Shown: in pieces, positions 27,433 to 42,649 of the stretch | Position numbering within the stretch: position 1 is the first letter of the stretch | Layout: every line of letters begins with the position of its first letter | Origin: Patescibacteria group bacterium | GTDB taxonomy: Bacteria; Patescibacteriota; Minisyncoccia; Phycocordibacterales; UBA9973 | Assembly (NCBI GenBank): GCA_038063535.1 | Contig: JBBTUV010000004.1 | Coordinates: 20,530 to 84,529 of the forward strand | Length of the DNA: 64,000 nt | Direction: 5' to 3' | Translations under genes and position numbers: made by a program | Notes under the pieces: generated by a model | Databases searched by the model: none | Seen by the model: the letters and a program-made list of their open reading frames with translations, nothing else | Told to the model about the DNA's origin: nothing

Positions 27433-28035
27433 ATGATAAAGAAACCGAAATATAAAATCGCAAGAAGGTTGGGAGCAGGCGTTTTTGACAAGACACAGAC
27501 TCCGAAATTTTCCGCTGTTTCCGGGCAATTCACGCGCGGCGGCAAGCGTCCGAAAGCGCTTTCCGAATACGCCAGCCAGCTCCTGGAGAAACAGAAGATC
27601 CGATTTTCTTACGGTATCACCGAGCGGCAACTCTCAAACTATGTTAAAAAAGCCACCGAAAAAGCGGGCACTCAAGCGGCGGTCAAATTCTATGAAGAAC
27701 TCGAATCGCGCCTCGATAATGTCCTATATCGGATGGGGCTTGCGCCCTCCCGCCGAGCGGCAAGGCAGATGGTTTCCCACGGGCATTTTACAGTCGGCGG
27801 AAAGAGAGTGACCGTTCCTTCCTACCGAGTACGGCCGGGAGATGCCATCCGAGTCCGTGAAGGATCGAAAGGAAAGAAGATTTTCGAGGGTCTCGCGGAG
27901 AGACTCAAAGAATACAATTTTCCTACGTGGCTTTCGTTCGATCCGGGAAAGATGGAAGGGGAAGTAAAAGCTGCCCCGGAGAACACACAGACATTTATCG
28001 ATATCGAATCAGTGCTTGAATTTTATAGTCGTTAA
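27433..28035 (+). CDS. rpsD: Ribosomal protein S4
   Basis: S4 N-terminal and S4 RNA-binding domain motifs are present (QMVSHGHFTVGGKRV). Confidence 0.95.
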   Translation: MIKKPKYKIARRLGAGVFDKTQTPKFSAVSGQFTRGGKRPKALSEYASQLLEKQKIRFSYGITERQLSNYVKKATEKAGTQAAVKFYEELESRLDNVLYRMGLAPSRRAARQMVSHGHFTVGGKRVTVPSYRVRPGDAIRVREGSKGKKIFEGLAERLKEYNFPTWLSFDPGKMEGEVKAAPENTQTFIDIESVLEFYSR

Positions 28036-28075
28036 CTTTTAGCTTTATAAACTTTATAACTTTTAACTAACAATT

Positions 28076-29062
28076 ATGCCTGAATATAAAATCATTTTAC
28101 CATCGAAGCCGAGAATTGTGAGCGAAGAGGGGAATAAGGGAGTCTACGAAATAGACGGCCTTTACCCGGGCTACGGGCACACTCTCGGAAATTCGCTCCG
28201 CCGGATCGTCCTCTCATCTTTGCCGGGAGCTTCGATCACTTCGATCAAAATCGACGGCGTAAGCCACGAGTTCCAGGCGCTTGACGGCATCCGCGAAGAC
28301 GTAGTGGTGATGATACTCAATTTGAAAAAAGTCAGGTTTAAAATGCTCTCGGACGAGCCGCAAACGGTTACGCTTTCGGTCAAAGGTCCCCGAACGGTCA
28401 CCGGGGGCGATATAGAGATCGGCGGTCAGGTGGAAGTGCTCAATCCGGAGCAGTATATCGTTGAAGTTACCGGCAAGGTCAATTTGAACGTCGAAATGCG
28501 GGTGGAGAAAGGTTTGGGCTTCATCCCGAAAGAAGTTATGCAGAAAGAAAAAGTGGATATCGGTACGATCGCGGTTGACGCGATCTTCACCCCGATCCGC
28601 CGGGTTTCTTATGAAGTCGAGAACATGCGCGTCGGCGACAAGACTAACCACAACCGGCTTCGGATCGTGATCGAGACGGACGGCACGCTCTCACCGCGTG
28701 AAGCGCTTTCTGAATCTATTACGATAATGATCCGGCAGCTCTCCGCGGTCGTGGATTTCAAAGAGGCTGAGCCGGAAACCGAAGCGGCTCCGACGGCCCA
28801 GGAACTTGGACTCCCGAGCACTCCGATGGCACCTTCGGGGGAGGCAGGGAGAGATTTCACTGATGTACTGAAGACCCGTACCGACAGCTTGGAACTTTCC
28901 ACTCGAACGATGAACGCGCTCGTGGCTGCCGGAGTACGGACGCTTGGGGGCCTTGCCAGGAAGAAAAGGGAAGACCTACTTGAAATAGAAGGGATAGGGG
29001 AGAAGGGAATCACCGAGATAAAAAAGGTGCTCAATTCCTTCAGCCTTAATTTGAAAGAATAA
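28076..29062 (+). CDS. rpoA: DNA-directed RNA polymerase alpha subunit
   Basis: It has an N-terminal dimerisation domain and a C-terminal alphaCTD (LELSTRTMNALVAAGVRTLGGL). Confidence 0.95.
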   Translation: MPEYKIILPSKPRIVSEEGNKGVYEIDGLYPGYGHTLGNSLRRIVLSSLPGASITSIKIDGVSHEFQALDGIREDVVVMILNLKKVRFKMLSDEPQTVTLSVKGPRTVTGGDIEIGGQVEVLNPEQYIVEVTGKVNLNVEMRVEKGLGFIPKEVMQKEKVDIGTIAVDAIFTPIRRVSYEVENMRVGDKTNHNRLRIVIETDGTLSPREALSESITIMIRQLSAVVDFKEAEPETEAAPTAQELGLPSTPMAPSGEAGRDFTDVLKTRTDSLELSTRTMNALVAAGVRTLGGLARKKREDLLEIEGIGEKGITEIKKVLNSFSLNLKE

Positions 29063-29063
29063 A

Positions 29064-29414
29064 ATGCGGCACCATAACGTCAATCGAAAATTCGGACGAG
29101 TACGCAAGCAAAGGAAAGCACTTCTTTCCTCGCTGGCTCTCAATCTCATGGTGCGCGGGAAAATAAGAACAACGGAAGCGAAAGCGAAAGAACTCCGGCC
29201 ATTCGTGGAGAAGCTAGTAACCCTCGCGAAAAGCGGCTCGCTCGCGTCGCGGCGGCTTATCATCTCACGGCTTTCGAACCGGAGCCGAGAGACAGGGAAG
29301 CTCTTTACTCTTGCGGAACAATACAAAGAAAGAAAAGGCGGCTATACACGAATATTGAAACTTGGAAGGCGGGTGTCCGACAGCGCGAAGATGGCGATAA
29401 TAGAATTTGTATGA
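29064..29414 (+). CDS. rplQ: Ribosomal protein L17
   Basis: MRHHNVNRKFGR and the conserved core are present. 116 aa. Confidence 0.95.
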   Translation: MRHHNVNRKFGRVRKQRKALLSSLALNLMVRGKIRTTEAKAKELRPFVEKLVTLAKSGSLASRRLIISRLSNRSRETGKLFTLAEQYKERKGGYTRILKLGRRVSDSAKMAIIEFV

Positions 29415-29752
29415 AAAAGATCGATGCAAAAGGAAGAACCCTTGGCAGAGTCGCCTCCGAAGCGGCGGTAATTCTTATGGGGAAGGACAAAGCGAAATTC
29501 GAACGCAATGTTTATTCCGGTGAAGCGGTAGAAATCATAAATTCTTCGAAAATAAGGATTACCGCAAAAAAACTTGACCAAATCATGCACTTGCGCTATT
29601 CCGGTTATCCAGGGGGATTACGAAGGATGAAGGGGACGGAAGTGCGGGAAAAGAAAGGCATGAAGGAGCTCCTCTCTCATGCAATATACCAGATGCTTCC
29701 TTCCAACAAACTGCGAAGAGAAATGATGAAAAATCTAAAGATAGAAGAATAA
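29411..29752 (+). CDS. rplM: Ribosomal protein L13 (short form)
   Basis: GRTLGRVASEAA...GK aligns to L13. 113 aa, overlapping rplQ by 4 nt. Confidence 0.8.
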   Translation: MKKIDAKGRTLGRVASEAAVILMGKDKAKFERNVYSGEAVEIINSSKIRITAKKLDQIMHLRYSGYPGGLRRMKGTEVREKKGMKELLSHAIYQMLPSNKLRREMMKNLKIEE

Positions 29753-29753
29753 T

Positions 29754-30152
29754 ATGGCCACAAATCAGACAAAATATTGGGAGGCGATCGGGCGAAGGAA
29801 AACTTCGACTGCTCGCGTGCGGATTTCTTCAAGCACGAAAAATTCACTTACGGTAAATGGGCGAGAAGTGAAAGATTATTTCAAGACAGATTCGGAGAAG
29901 AAAATAGTGAACGCGCCTCTTACTTCTCTCGAAACAAAATGGAATGTCTCTGTGAAAGTCTCCGGCGGAGGGACGCACTCGCAGGCGGAAGCTGTGCGGC
30001 ACGGCCTCGCCCGGGCGCTTTCTCTCTTCGACCAGGCGCTGCGCCCGCCGCTTAAATCTCTTGGATATCTCAAACGCGACCCGCGAGCCAAAGAGCGCAG
30101 AAAATTCGGACTGAAGAAAGCCAGGAAAGCGCCGAAGTGGAGCAAGAGATAA
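29754..30152 (+). CDS. rpsI: Ribosomal protein S9
   Basis: GGGTHSQAEAVRHGLARAL and the C-terminal KRDPRAKERRKFGLKKARKAPKWSKR are present. Confidence 0.95.
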   Translation: MATNQTKYWEAIGRRKTSTARVRISSSTKNSLTVNGREVKDYFKTDSEKKIVNAPLTSLETKWNVSVKVSGGGTHSQAEAVRHGLARALSLFDQALRPPLKSLGYLKRDPRAKERRKFGLKKARKAPKWSKR

Positions 30153-30172
30153 TTCTGTGTTAGTATAAAATT

Positions 30173-30751
30173 ATGGCTGACGAACCCAGACAAAACGACG
30201 AAACAGCGCCGGAGGAGGATGACGTTGTCGAATTTGAATTTAACGAGGATGGGGAAGAGGATCTGAAGAAAACCTTGAAGAAACTGCGGGCGGACCTCAA
30301 GCAGACGAAAAAAGAAAAAGAAGAATACTTGACCGGTTGGCAGAAGGAGCGGGCGGATTTTATCAATTACAAAAAGGAGGAGGATAATCGCAAGGCGCTT
30401 TTCTCGGAAGCGGTGCGCGAGCGCATACTTACTCGTTTTCTTTCTATCATAGACAACTTCAATATGGCTATGGGCGATCGGGCGGCCTGGGAGAAGGTGG
30501 ACAAGAATTGGCGCGTGGGGATTGAGCACATATATTCAGAGCTCGGTAAAATTTTCGAAGAATATGGAGTCAAAGCAATTGGCGAAGTCGGAGAAATTTT
30601 CGACCCGAGCATTCATCAGTCTATTGACGTTGTGCCGACTCCCGATAAAGAAAATGATCACAAAGTCGCCGATGTCATCCAGAGGGGCTACCGCCTCGGC
30701 GAGCGCATCCTCCGCCCCGCGCGAGTGAACGTATATGAGCACAAAGGGTAA
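30173..30751 (+). CDS. grpE: Nucleotide exchange factor GrpE (no adjacent dnaK)
   Basis: An acidic N-terminus is followed by a coiled coil and the C-terminal beta domain (DFINYKKEEDNRKA..., VIQRGYRLGERILRPARV). Confidence 0.9.
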   Translation: MADEPRQNDETAPEEDDVVEFEFNEDGEEDLKKTLKKLRADLKQTKKEKEEYLTGWQKERADFINYKKEEDNRKALFSEAVRERILTRFLSIIDNFNMAMGDRAAWEKVDKNWRVGIEHIYSELGKIFEEYGVKAIGEVGEIFDPSIHQSIDVVPTPDKENDHKVADVIQRGYRLGERILRPARVNVYEHKG

Positions 30752-31511
30752 ATCCAAGAGACCCAAAGCGATCGTGATGTCCGGGTACGGGCTTAATTGC
30801 GAGGAGGAGACGGCGTTCGCATTTGGGCGTGCCGGTGGAGGAGTGGATATTGTGCATATCAATGACTTAATAAAGAAGCCTAAAATGCTCGCAGGTTACG
30901 ATATTCTCGCTTTCCCGGGCGGCTTTGCCTACGGCGACGATACGGGGAGTGGCAAGGCCTATGCGCTCAAATTCAGGAACCATTTGGCGAAGGAGCTAAA
31001 GGCGTTCCTCGCGCGCGACACTCTTATCATCGGCATTTGCAACGGCTTTCAGATAGTCACGAATCTCGGCATTCTCCCCGGCGCGCTTACTTACAATAAA
31101 AATCCTATCTACATGGACAGATGGGTGGATCTCAAGGTTGTCGGAAAGTCCCCGTGGCTTACCGGCATAAAAAATATTTCATTACCGATTGCTCACGGGG
31201 AGGGCAGGTATGTGGTAGGTAGAGGCAAGAAACCATCTGTCGCTTTAAAATATGTTAAAGGAGAGATTTGTAAATTCCAGAGTCTCGAACCGAACCCGAA
31301 CGGCTCGGAGAGTGCGATTGCAGGGGTTCTCGGTTATAATGGAAGAGTGCTCGGCCTTATGCCGCATCCCGAGCGGGCGATGTTTTTCCACCACTCGCCG
31401 CTCTGGCAATTGAAGAAGGAAAAATTAAAAAGGGGAGCCGCGAAAATTCCGGAGGATGGCGACGGAATTCTTTTATTTAAAAACGCAGTAAACTATTTTG
31501 TCGGAGCTTAA
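30735..31511 (+). CDS. purQ: Phosphoribosylformylglycinamidine synthase, glutamine amidotransferase subunit
   Basis: A class-I GATase triad is present (GICNGFQ Cys, HGEGR, MPHPER). Confidence 0.85.
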   Translation: MSTKGKSKRPKAIVMSGYGLNCEEETAFAFGRAGGGVDIVHINDLIKKPKMLAGYDILAFPGGFAYGDDTGSGKAYALKFRNHLAKELKAFLARDTLIIGICNGFQIVTNLGILPGALTYNKNPIYMDRWVDLKVVGKSPWLTGIKNISLPIAHGEGRYVVGRGKKPSVALKYVKGEICKFQSLEPNPNGSESAIAGVLGYNGRVLGLMPHPERAMFFHHSPLWQLKKEKLKRGAAKIPEDGDGILLFKNAVNYFVGA

Positions 31512-32922
31512 AGAAAAATGCGGAATAGTTGGAATTTACGCTCCGGGTCGGCCGGTTTCCCGCCTATGCTTTTTCGGTCTCTTCGCGCTCCAGCACCGTG
31601 GGCAAGAAGCTTCGGGGATTACTACGAATGCGGATGACAAACTGAAAACCCACATCGGGGCGGGTCTCGTAGGGCAAGTTTATAAAGAAGAAGATATTGA
31701 TAATCTCTCTGGCTACATCGGCATCGGGCATAATCGATATTCAACTTCGGGCGGGAGCGTCTTCAAGCACGCCCAGCCAGTTTTAAATGATGACGAAACG
31801 TTCGCTCTGGCTCACAACGGAAATCTCCCGAGCGTTACAGCCCTCAAAGATTTTTTGAAATCCGAGCGAGCGCTCAAGGAGGACAGGAACGACTCGGAAC
31901 TTATCTCGGACGCCGTAGATGTTTATCTCAAGAAGGGAATGCGGCTCGAGGGTGCGGTGGAGAAAGTTTTCCCCCTTCTTACCGGCGCATATGCGCTGGT
32001 GATGATGACGCGTGACACGCTTGTGGCCCTACGCGACCCGTTTGGCATGCGGCCGCTTTGTATGGGAAGTCTAGGTTCTTCAGGGGAAGGTTTTGTGGTC
32101 GCATCGGAGACCTGCGCTCTGAAGACGATCGAGGCCGGCTTTATTCAGGAGATTCTACCCGGTGAGATGGTGGTGATAAACCAGGAAGGACTTAAGTGCC
32201 ACACCCTCGCCCCCGCGACGCCTAAGCATGATATTTTCGAATACGTTTACTTCGCCCGGCCGGATTCCGTGATGAACGGAAAGCTTATATACAGTGTCCG
32301 CAAGGACTTCGGCAAAGCCCTGGCCCGGGAATTTATAAAGAAGCACGGTAAAAAGTTCGAGATAGACGCTGTCGTGCCCGTGCCCGACACTTCCATGCCT
32401 GTGGCGATCGGCTTTTCCGAAGCGAGCGGGATACCGCTCGAGCTTGCGCTCGTCAAGAACCGCTACGTACACCGGACATTTCTCGAGCCGGACCAGGAGT
32501 CGCGCCGTGCGAGCGTTGCCCTCAAGCTCATACCTCAGCCTGAAGTACTCGCAGGCAAACGCATCGCTGTGATAGACGACTCCATCGTGCGCGGCCATAC
32601 TTCAAGGAAATTGGTGCAGAGGCTCTATGAGAACGGCGCCAAAGAAGTGCACCTGGTCATCTCTTCGCCACCGATAAGATATCCGGATTTTTACGGCATC
32701 GACACGCCGAAGCAGACGGAACTGATAGCGGCCGGTAAGACTGTGGAAGAAATGCGGGAATGGCTTGGCGTGACCTCGCTTATGTTTCTCTCGCTCGAAG
32801 GCTTAGTGGAGGGGGTAGGCATACCGAAAGAAAATCTCTGCACCTCGTTTTTCACCGGCGAGTACCCTATAGACTTGAAAGAGCGCAAAAGTGAGGTCAG
32901 CTACGATGTCCCAAAAGATTAA
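31498..32922 (+). CDS. purF: Amidophosphoribosyltransferase
   Basis: An N-terminal nucleophile CGIVG follows the initiator Met, and there are Ntn and PRTase domains (VIDDSIVRGHT). Confidence 0.95.
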   Translation: MSELKEKCGIVGIYAPGRPVSRLCFFGLFALQHRGQEASGITTNADDKLKTHIGAGLVGQVYKEEDIDNLSGYIGIGHNRYSTSGGSVFKHAQPVLNDDETFALAHNGNLPSVTALKDFLKSERALKEDRNDSELISDAVDVYLKKGMRLEGAVEKVFPLLTGAYALVMMTRDTLVALRDPFGMRPLCMGSLGSSGEGFVVASETCALKTIEAGFIQEILPGEMVVINQEGLKCHTLAPATPKHDIFEYVYFARPDSVMNGKLIYSVRKDFGKALAREFIKKHGKKFEIDAVVPVPDTSMPVAIGFSEASGIPLELALVKNRYVHRTFLEPDQESRRASVALKLIPQPEVLAGKRIAVIDDSIVRGHTSRKLVQRLYENGAKEVHLVISSPPIRYPDFYGIDTPKQTELIAAGKTVEEMREWLGVTSLMFLSLEGLVEGVGIPKENLCTSFFTGEYPIDLKERKSEVSYDVPKD

Positions 32923-33438
32923 ATTGGCATTGCTGGTTCACGCAGGAGGAACCCAAACAAACTTGAAAGCGATACAAGAAGCCGTCCAGAAAGAGCGGGT
33001 CAATGCCGAAATTGCCGCCGTAGTTTCGGACGCGGAAGCTGTCTTGCCTGCGCTCACAGAAGCATCGCCCGACTATATCTGCCTGGCGGGGTGGAAAAAA
33101 ATTATTCCCGATGAATTAGTCCAAAAATATCAGAATCGAATTTTGAATATTCATCCGGGTTTAATTCCGGATAAAATGGACGGGCAAGTCTTGAATCCCG
33201 ACGGGACGTATGCTCTCTGGAACAAAGGCATGTATGGCGAGAGAGCGATCCAGAATTTTCTCGACAAGAAAGCAACCTATGCTGGCTCCTCAATCCATTT
33301 TTTGACTACAGAATTTGATTTCGGGCCAGTCCTAGGCAGAACATTTGAGAAAATTGAAGAGGGAGACACGGTAGAAACTTTGTATACTCGTCTGAAGAAA
33401 AAAGAAAATGAATTGTATGTAGAGGTGCTGGAAAAATT

Positions 33439-33451
<13 letters not shown>
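32906..33451 (+). CDS. purN: Phosphoribosylglycinamide formyltransferase
   Basis: The formyltransferase motif ILNIHPGLIP is present. The start is set at MSQKIKLALL. Confidence 0.85.
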
Positions 33452-38688
<5,237 letters not shown>

Positions 38689-38689
38689 T

Positions 38690-40138
38690 ATGGAGAAGAA
38701 AAAAATCAAAACGGCGCTGATTTCGGTTTTTAATAAAGAGGGTCTTACGCCCGTTACCGAGCTCCTCAAAAAAAACGGCGTAAAAATTATTTCTACCGGC
38801 GGCACGGCGGAATTTATACGGAAGCTCGGTGCAGATGTCACAGAAGTGGAAAGCCTAACAAATTTTCCTTCAGTTTTCGGCGGGCGAGTGAAGACATTGC
38901 ACCCAGCGATCTTCGGGGGGATCTTGAATCGCCGAGATAATCCTGAAGACCAAAAATCCAAATATGCCCATAAAATAGAGGATATTGACTTGGTTATTGT
39001 GGATTTGTATCCATTCGAAGAGAAACCAGAGATCGAGACTATAGACATCGGCGGGGTGTCGCTTATCCGCGCGGCGGCAAAGAATTATGAGGATGTGGTG
39101 GTAATCTCTTCTCGCGAGCAATACAAAGACCTAAAAATCGAAACGACGCTCGAAGAAAGGAAAAAACTGGCAGGGGAGGCGTTTGCGCGGACTTCAAGTT
39201 ATGATTTTGCTATCCGAGAATATTTCCAGAGTATACCGCTTCGTTACGGCGAGAACCCGCACCAGAACGCGAGCTTTGTCGGCGACTTAACCGAAAGTTT
39301 TTCGCAACTTCATGGCAAAGAACTCTCTTACAACAACCTCCTCGACACCGAAGCGGTGATTGCCGTAATAAATGATTTCAAAGAGCCAGCTTTTGCGATC
39401 GTAAAGCACATGAATACTTGCGGGCTTGCGGTACGGCCGGAAGGGAAACTTTTGGAAGCATATCAGGCCGCGTATGCAGCTGATCCGGTTTCGGCATTTG
39501 GCGGGATTCTTGCGGCGAATCGTGAGATAGGGGAGGATGTTGCCAAACTCATCCGCGAGCAGAAACTTTTTGTAGAAGTCGTAATCGCGCCCGGTTTTTC
39601 CGAGGAGGCGCTTAAAATTTTAGAACAGAAGAAAGATTGCCGTATTTTACTTTGGCACGAGCCCCAACTACCCAAGAAACAAATTCGCAGTTCTTTTACT
39701 GGAATGCTCGTGCAAGATCGGGATATGCATGTTGAAACTGAAAAAGATTTGAAAGTTGTAACAACGAGAGCGCCGACAGAAAGAGAAAAAGAAGACTTGC
39801 TTGTGGCAGCTGTCGCCGTGAAGCATTTGAAATCAAACGCTATCGCGCTTGTCAAAGACAAAACACTTATCTCGATGGGCTGCGGACAGACTGCGCGCGT
39901 GGACGCGCTCAAACAGGCGATAGAGAAAGCTAAGAATTTCGGCTTACTACTCGAGGGCGCGGTAATGGCATCGGAGGCGTTTTTTCCTTTCCCGGATTGC
40001 GTGGAAATTGCCGGCGGGGCTGGTATCAGTGCCGTCATCCAGCCAGGTGGCTCCAAGAATGATCAAGCCTCAATTGACATGGCAAACAAGCTCGGTATGG
40101 CTATGGCCACCACAGGATATAGGCATTTTAAGCATTAA
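38690..40138 (+). CDS. purH: Bifunctional AICAR transformylase / IMP cyclohydrolase
   Basis: It has an MGS-like N-domain (ALISVFNKEGL) and an AICARFT C-domain. 482 aa. Confidence 0.95.
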   Translation: MEKKKIKTALISVFNKEGLTPVTELLKKNGVKIISTGGTAEFIRKLGADVTEVESLTNFPSVFGGRVKTLHPAIFGGILNRRDNPEDQKSKYAHKIEDIDLVIVDLYPFEEKPEIETIDIGGVSLIRAAAKNYEDVVVISSREQYKDLKIETTLEERKKLAGEAFARTSSYDFAIREYFQSIPLRYGENPHQNASFVGDLTESFSQLHGKELSYNNLLDTEAVIAVINDFKEPAFAIVKHMNTCGLAVRPEGKLLEAYQAAYAADPVSAFGGILAANREIGEDVAKLIREQKLFVEVVIAPGFSEEALKILEQKKDCRILLWHEPQLPKKQIRSSFTGMLVQDRDMHVETEKDLKVVTTRAPTEREKEDLLVAAVAVKHLKSNAIALVKDKTLISMGCGQTARVDALKQAIEKAKNFGLLLEGAVMASEAFFPFPDCVEIAGGAGISAVIQPGGSKNDQASIDMANKLGMAMATTGYRHFKH

Positions 40139-40155
40139 TATGGTAGGATATTTTC

Positions 40156-40680
40156 ATGATATCCAAAAATCCGCTGGTGGGCATAATCATGGGCTCGGAT
40201 TCGGATTTGGAGGTGTTCGCCGAGGCGGCTAAGGTTCTCGAAGAATTCGGCATCTCTTATGACATGACGGTGGGCTCCGCGCACCGCTCGCCGGAGCGAG
40301 TGCAAAAATATGCTGGAGGAGCAGCGGGGCGCGGTATCAAAGTTCTCATTGCCGGCGCCGGAGGCGCCGCGCACCTAGCAGGGGTCATCGCTGCGCACAC
40401 GACCCTCCCCGTCGTGGGCCTCCCGGTCAAAGCAAAGTCGCTCGACGGACTTGATTCGCTCCTCTCAACCGTTAACATGCCGCCGGGTGTGCCGGTCGCG
40501 ACTGTGGGTATCAATGCCGGCAGAAACGCCGGATTACTTGCAGTACAGATTCTCGCCCTCTCTGACGCGATCCTTGTAGACAAACTTTCCTCATACAAGG
40601 AAAAAATGGCGCGCGAAAATGAAGAAAAAGGCAAAAAAATGAGCGAACTCGGCTATAAAAAATACCTCGATAATAAATAA
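40156..40680 (+). CDS. purE: N5-carboxyaminoimidazole ribonucleotide mutase
   Basis: The motifs GSDSDL, AHRSPE and AGGAAHLAGV are present. Confidence 0.9.
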   Translation: MISKNPLVGIIMGSDSDLEVFAEAAKVLEEFGISYDMTVGSAHRSPERVQKYAGGAAGRGIKVLIAGAGGAAHLAGVIAAHTTLPVVGLPVKAKSLDGLDSLLSTVNMPPGVPVATVGINAGRNAGLLAVQILALSDAILVDKLSSYKEKMARENEEKGKKMSELGYKKYLDNK

Positions 40681-41684
40681 TGAAGAGCGATTATGCACAA
40701 GCTGGAGTGGACATAGATAAAGGGGAAGAAGTAGTGCGAAGAATAAAGAAATACCTGCCCGATATAGGAAGCTTCGGCGGGCTTTTTGATTTAAGTGGAA
40801 TTTTGAAATCCTACAAACGTCCCTTCTTGGTGCAGAGTATCGACGGCGTCGGTACCAAGCTCACCGTGGCCAAGATGATGAATAAATACGATACGGTCGG
40901 CGAGGATATCGTAAACCACAGCGCCAATGACATTGTGGCTATGGGCGCGCGGTCCCTCACGTTCCTCGATTATGTCGCCAATGAAAAACTGGAGCCCGAT
41001 GTGATGGAGCAAATTGTCGCGGGTATGGTCCGGGCTTGCAAAGAGGCGGGCATAGCTCTCGTCGGCGGAGAAACCGCGGAGATGCCGGGGACTTATGCGC
41101 CGGGCGAGCACGACATCGCCGGCTGCATCACCGGCATCGTTGAGAAAGATAAAATTATTACCGGGGAAAAAATTAAAGAAGGTGACGTAATTTTTGGATT
41201 TCCTTCTTCGGGTCTGCATACCAACGGCTATTCTCTTGCCCGCAAATTACTTTTCGATGTTGCTGGGCATGATGTAAGCACGCAAGTTCCCGAACTCGGC
41301 GAATCGGTGGGCGAGGCTCTGCTTCACGTCCACACAAATTACAGCGGGCCTGTCCTCTCGCTCCTTGGTGCTGGCGTGGACGTAAGAGGTATTGCGCATA
41401 TTACCGGTGGGGGATTTATCGAGAATATTCCTAGGGTTCTGCCAAAAAATTTGGACGCGGAAATCAGAAAGGGAACCTGGCCGATACTTCCGATATTTTC
41501 ACTTCTGCAAGAAATTGGCAAAGTTCCCGATTCGGAGATGTATAGAACATTTAATATGGGGATTGGGCTTGTTTTTGTAGTTGCTCCGGCGGATAAGGAA
41601 AGGGTTGAAAAAATGCTTAAAGGTTATAAAATTTACGGGATTGGTAAAATTATCAGGGGGGAGAAGAGAGTTAAATTTATATGA
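40680..41684 (+). CDS. purM: Phosphoribosylformylglycinamidine cyclo-ligase (AIR synthetase)
   Basis: The AIRS N and C domains are present with DGVGTK. Confidence 0.95.
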   Translation: MKSDYAQAGVDIDKGEEVVRRIKKYLPDIGSFGGLFDLSGILKSYKRPFLVQSIDGVGTKLTVAKMMNKYDTVGEDIVNHSANDIVAMGARSLTFLDYVANEKLEPDVMEQIVAGMVRACKEAGIALVGGETAEMPGTYAPGEHDIAGCITGIVEKDKIITGEKIKEGDVIFGFPSSGLHTNGYSLARKLLFDVAGHDVSTQVPELGESVGEALLHVHTNYSGPVLSLLGAGVDVRGIAHITGGGFIENIPRVLPKNLDAEIRKGTWPILPIFSLLQEIGKVPDSEMYRTFNMGIGLVFVVAPADKERVEKMLKGYKIYGIGKIIRGEKRVKFI

Positions 41685-42649
41685 TCGACATCGAAACAAT
41701 AAAAAAACACATCGGGGACGTGGTAAGGGAAACGGATTTTCCGTTTCTCGGCGAGAAAAAGGTCGGCAAGGTGCGGGACGCTTATGCCAAGCCCGATCGC
41801 ATCACTCTTGTCTCTACTGACCGGCATTCTTCCTTCGACCGCATTATCGCGCATATTCCCTTCAAGGGAGAAGTTCTCAACCGAACGAGTCTTTTTTGGT
41901 TTGATAAAACCAAAGATATTATTCAGAACCACGTTATTTCCTCACCCGACCCGAATGTAGTGATGGTGAAAAAGTGTAAAGTGATCCCTGTCGAGATGGT
42001 AGTGCGTGGATATATTACTGGCGTAACTTCCACAAGTCTTTGGACGCACTACGCGGCGGGCGAGCGCGATTTCGGGGATTTTGTGCTTCCGGATGGAATG
42101 AAAAAGAACGAGAAATTAATTGAGCCGGTGTTAACGCCCACCACCAAGAGCGAGGACCATGACCGGCCGCTCACCTCGAAAAAAATCTTGGAAGAGGGAA
42201 TAGTTGAGAAAGATTTATGGGAGAAGATGGCAGATACCGCACTCAAACTTTTTAGGCGCGGACAGGAGATAGCGTTTCGGCAAGGACTCATCTTGGTGGA
42301 CACCAAGTATGAATTCGGCTTGGATGAGAAGGGGGAGCTGACATTAATCGACGAAATTCACACCCCGGATTCTTCGCGCTGGTGGAAGGCAGTTTCCTAC
42401 GAAGGGCGCTTCAACGCCGGCGAAGAACCGGAATATTTTGATAAAGAATTTTTGCGACTCTGGTTCAAGGACCACTCCGATCCCTACAAGGACAAAGTTC
42501 TGCCGCCCGCGCCGCCGGAGCTAGTAGCGGAACTCTCCCGGCGATATATCGAAATATATGAGATGCTCACCGGCAAGAATTTCGACCACGATCTCTCGCA
42601 GACGACTCTTGAGCGCATTGCCAAGAATTTAAAAAACTATGTCGCTTAA
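41681..42649 (+). CDS. purC: SAICAR synthetase (long form)
   Basis: The SAICAR synthetase fold motifs (GKVRDAY, LVDTKYEFG) are present. Confidence 0.9.
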   Translation: MIDIETIKKHIGDVVRETDFPFLGEKKVGKVRDAYAKPDRITLVSTDRHSSFDRIIAHIPFKGEVLNRTSLFWFDKTKDIIQNHVISSPDPNVVMVKKCKVIPVEMVVRGYITGVTSTSLWTHYAAGERDFGDFVLPDGMKKNEKLIEPVLTPTTKSEDHDRPLTSKKILEEGIVEKDLWEKMADTALKLFRRGQEIAFRQGLILVDTKYEFGLDEKGELTLIDEIHTPDSSRWWKAVSYEGRFNAGEEPEYFDKEFLRLWFKDHSDPYKDKVLPPAPPELVAELSRRYIEIYEMLTGKNFDHDLSQTTLERIAKNLKNYVA

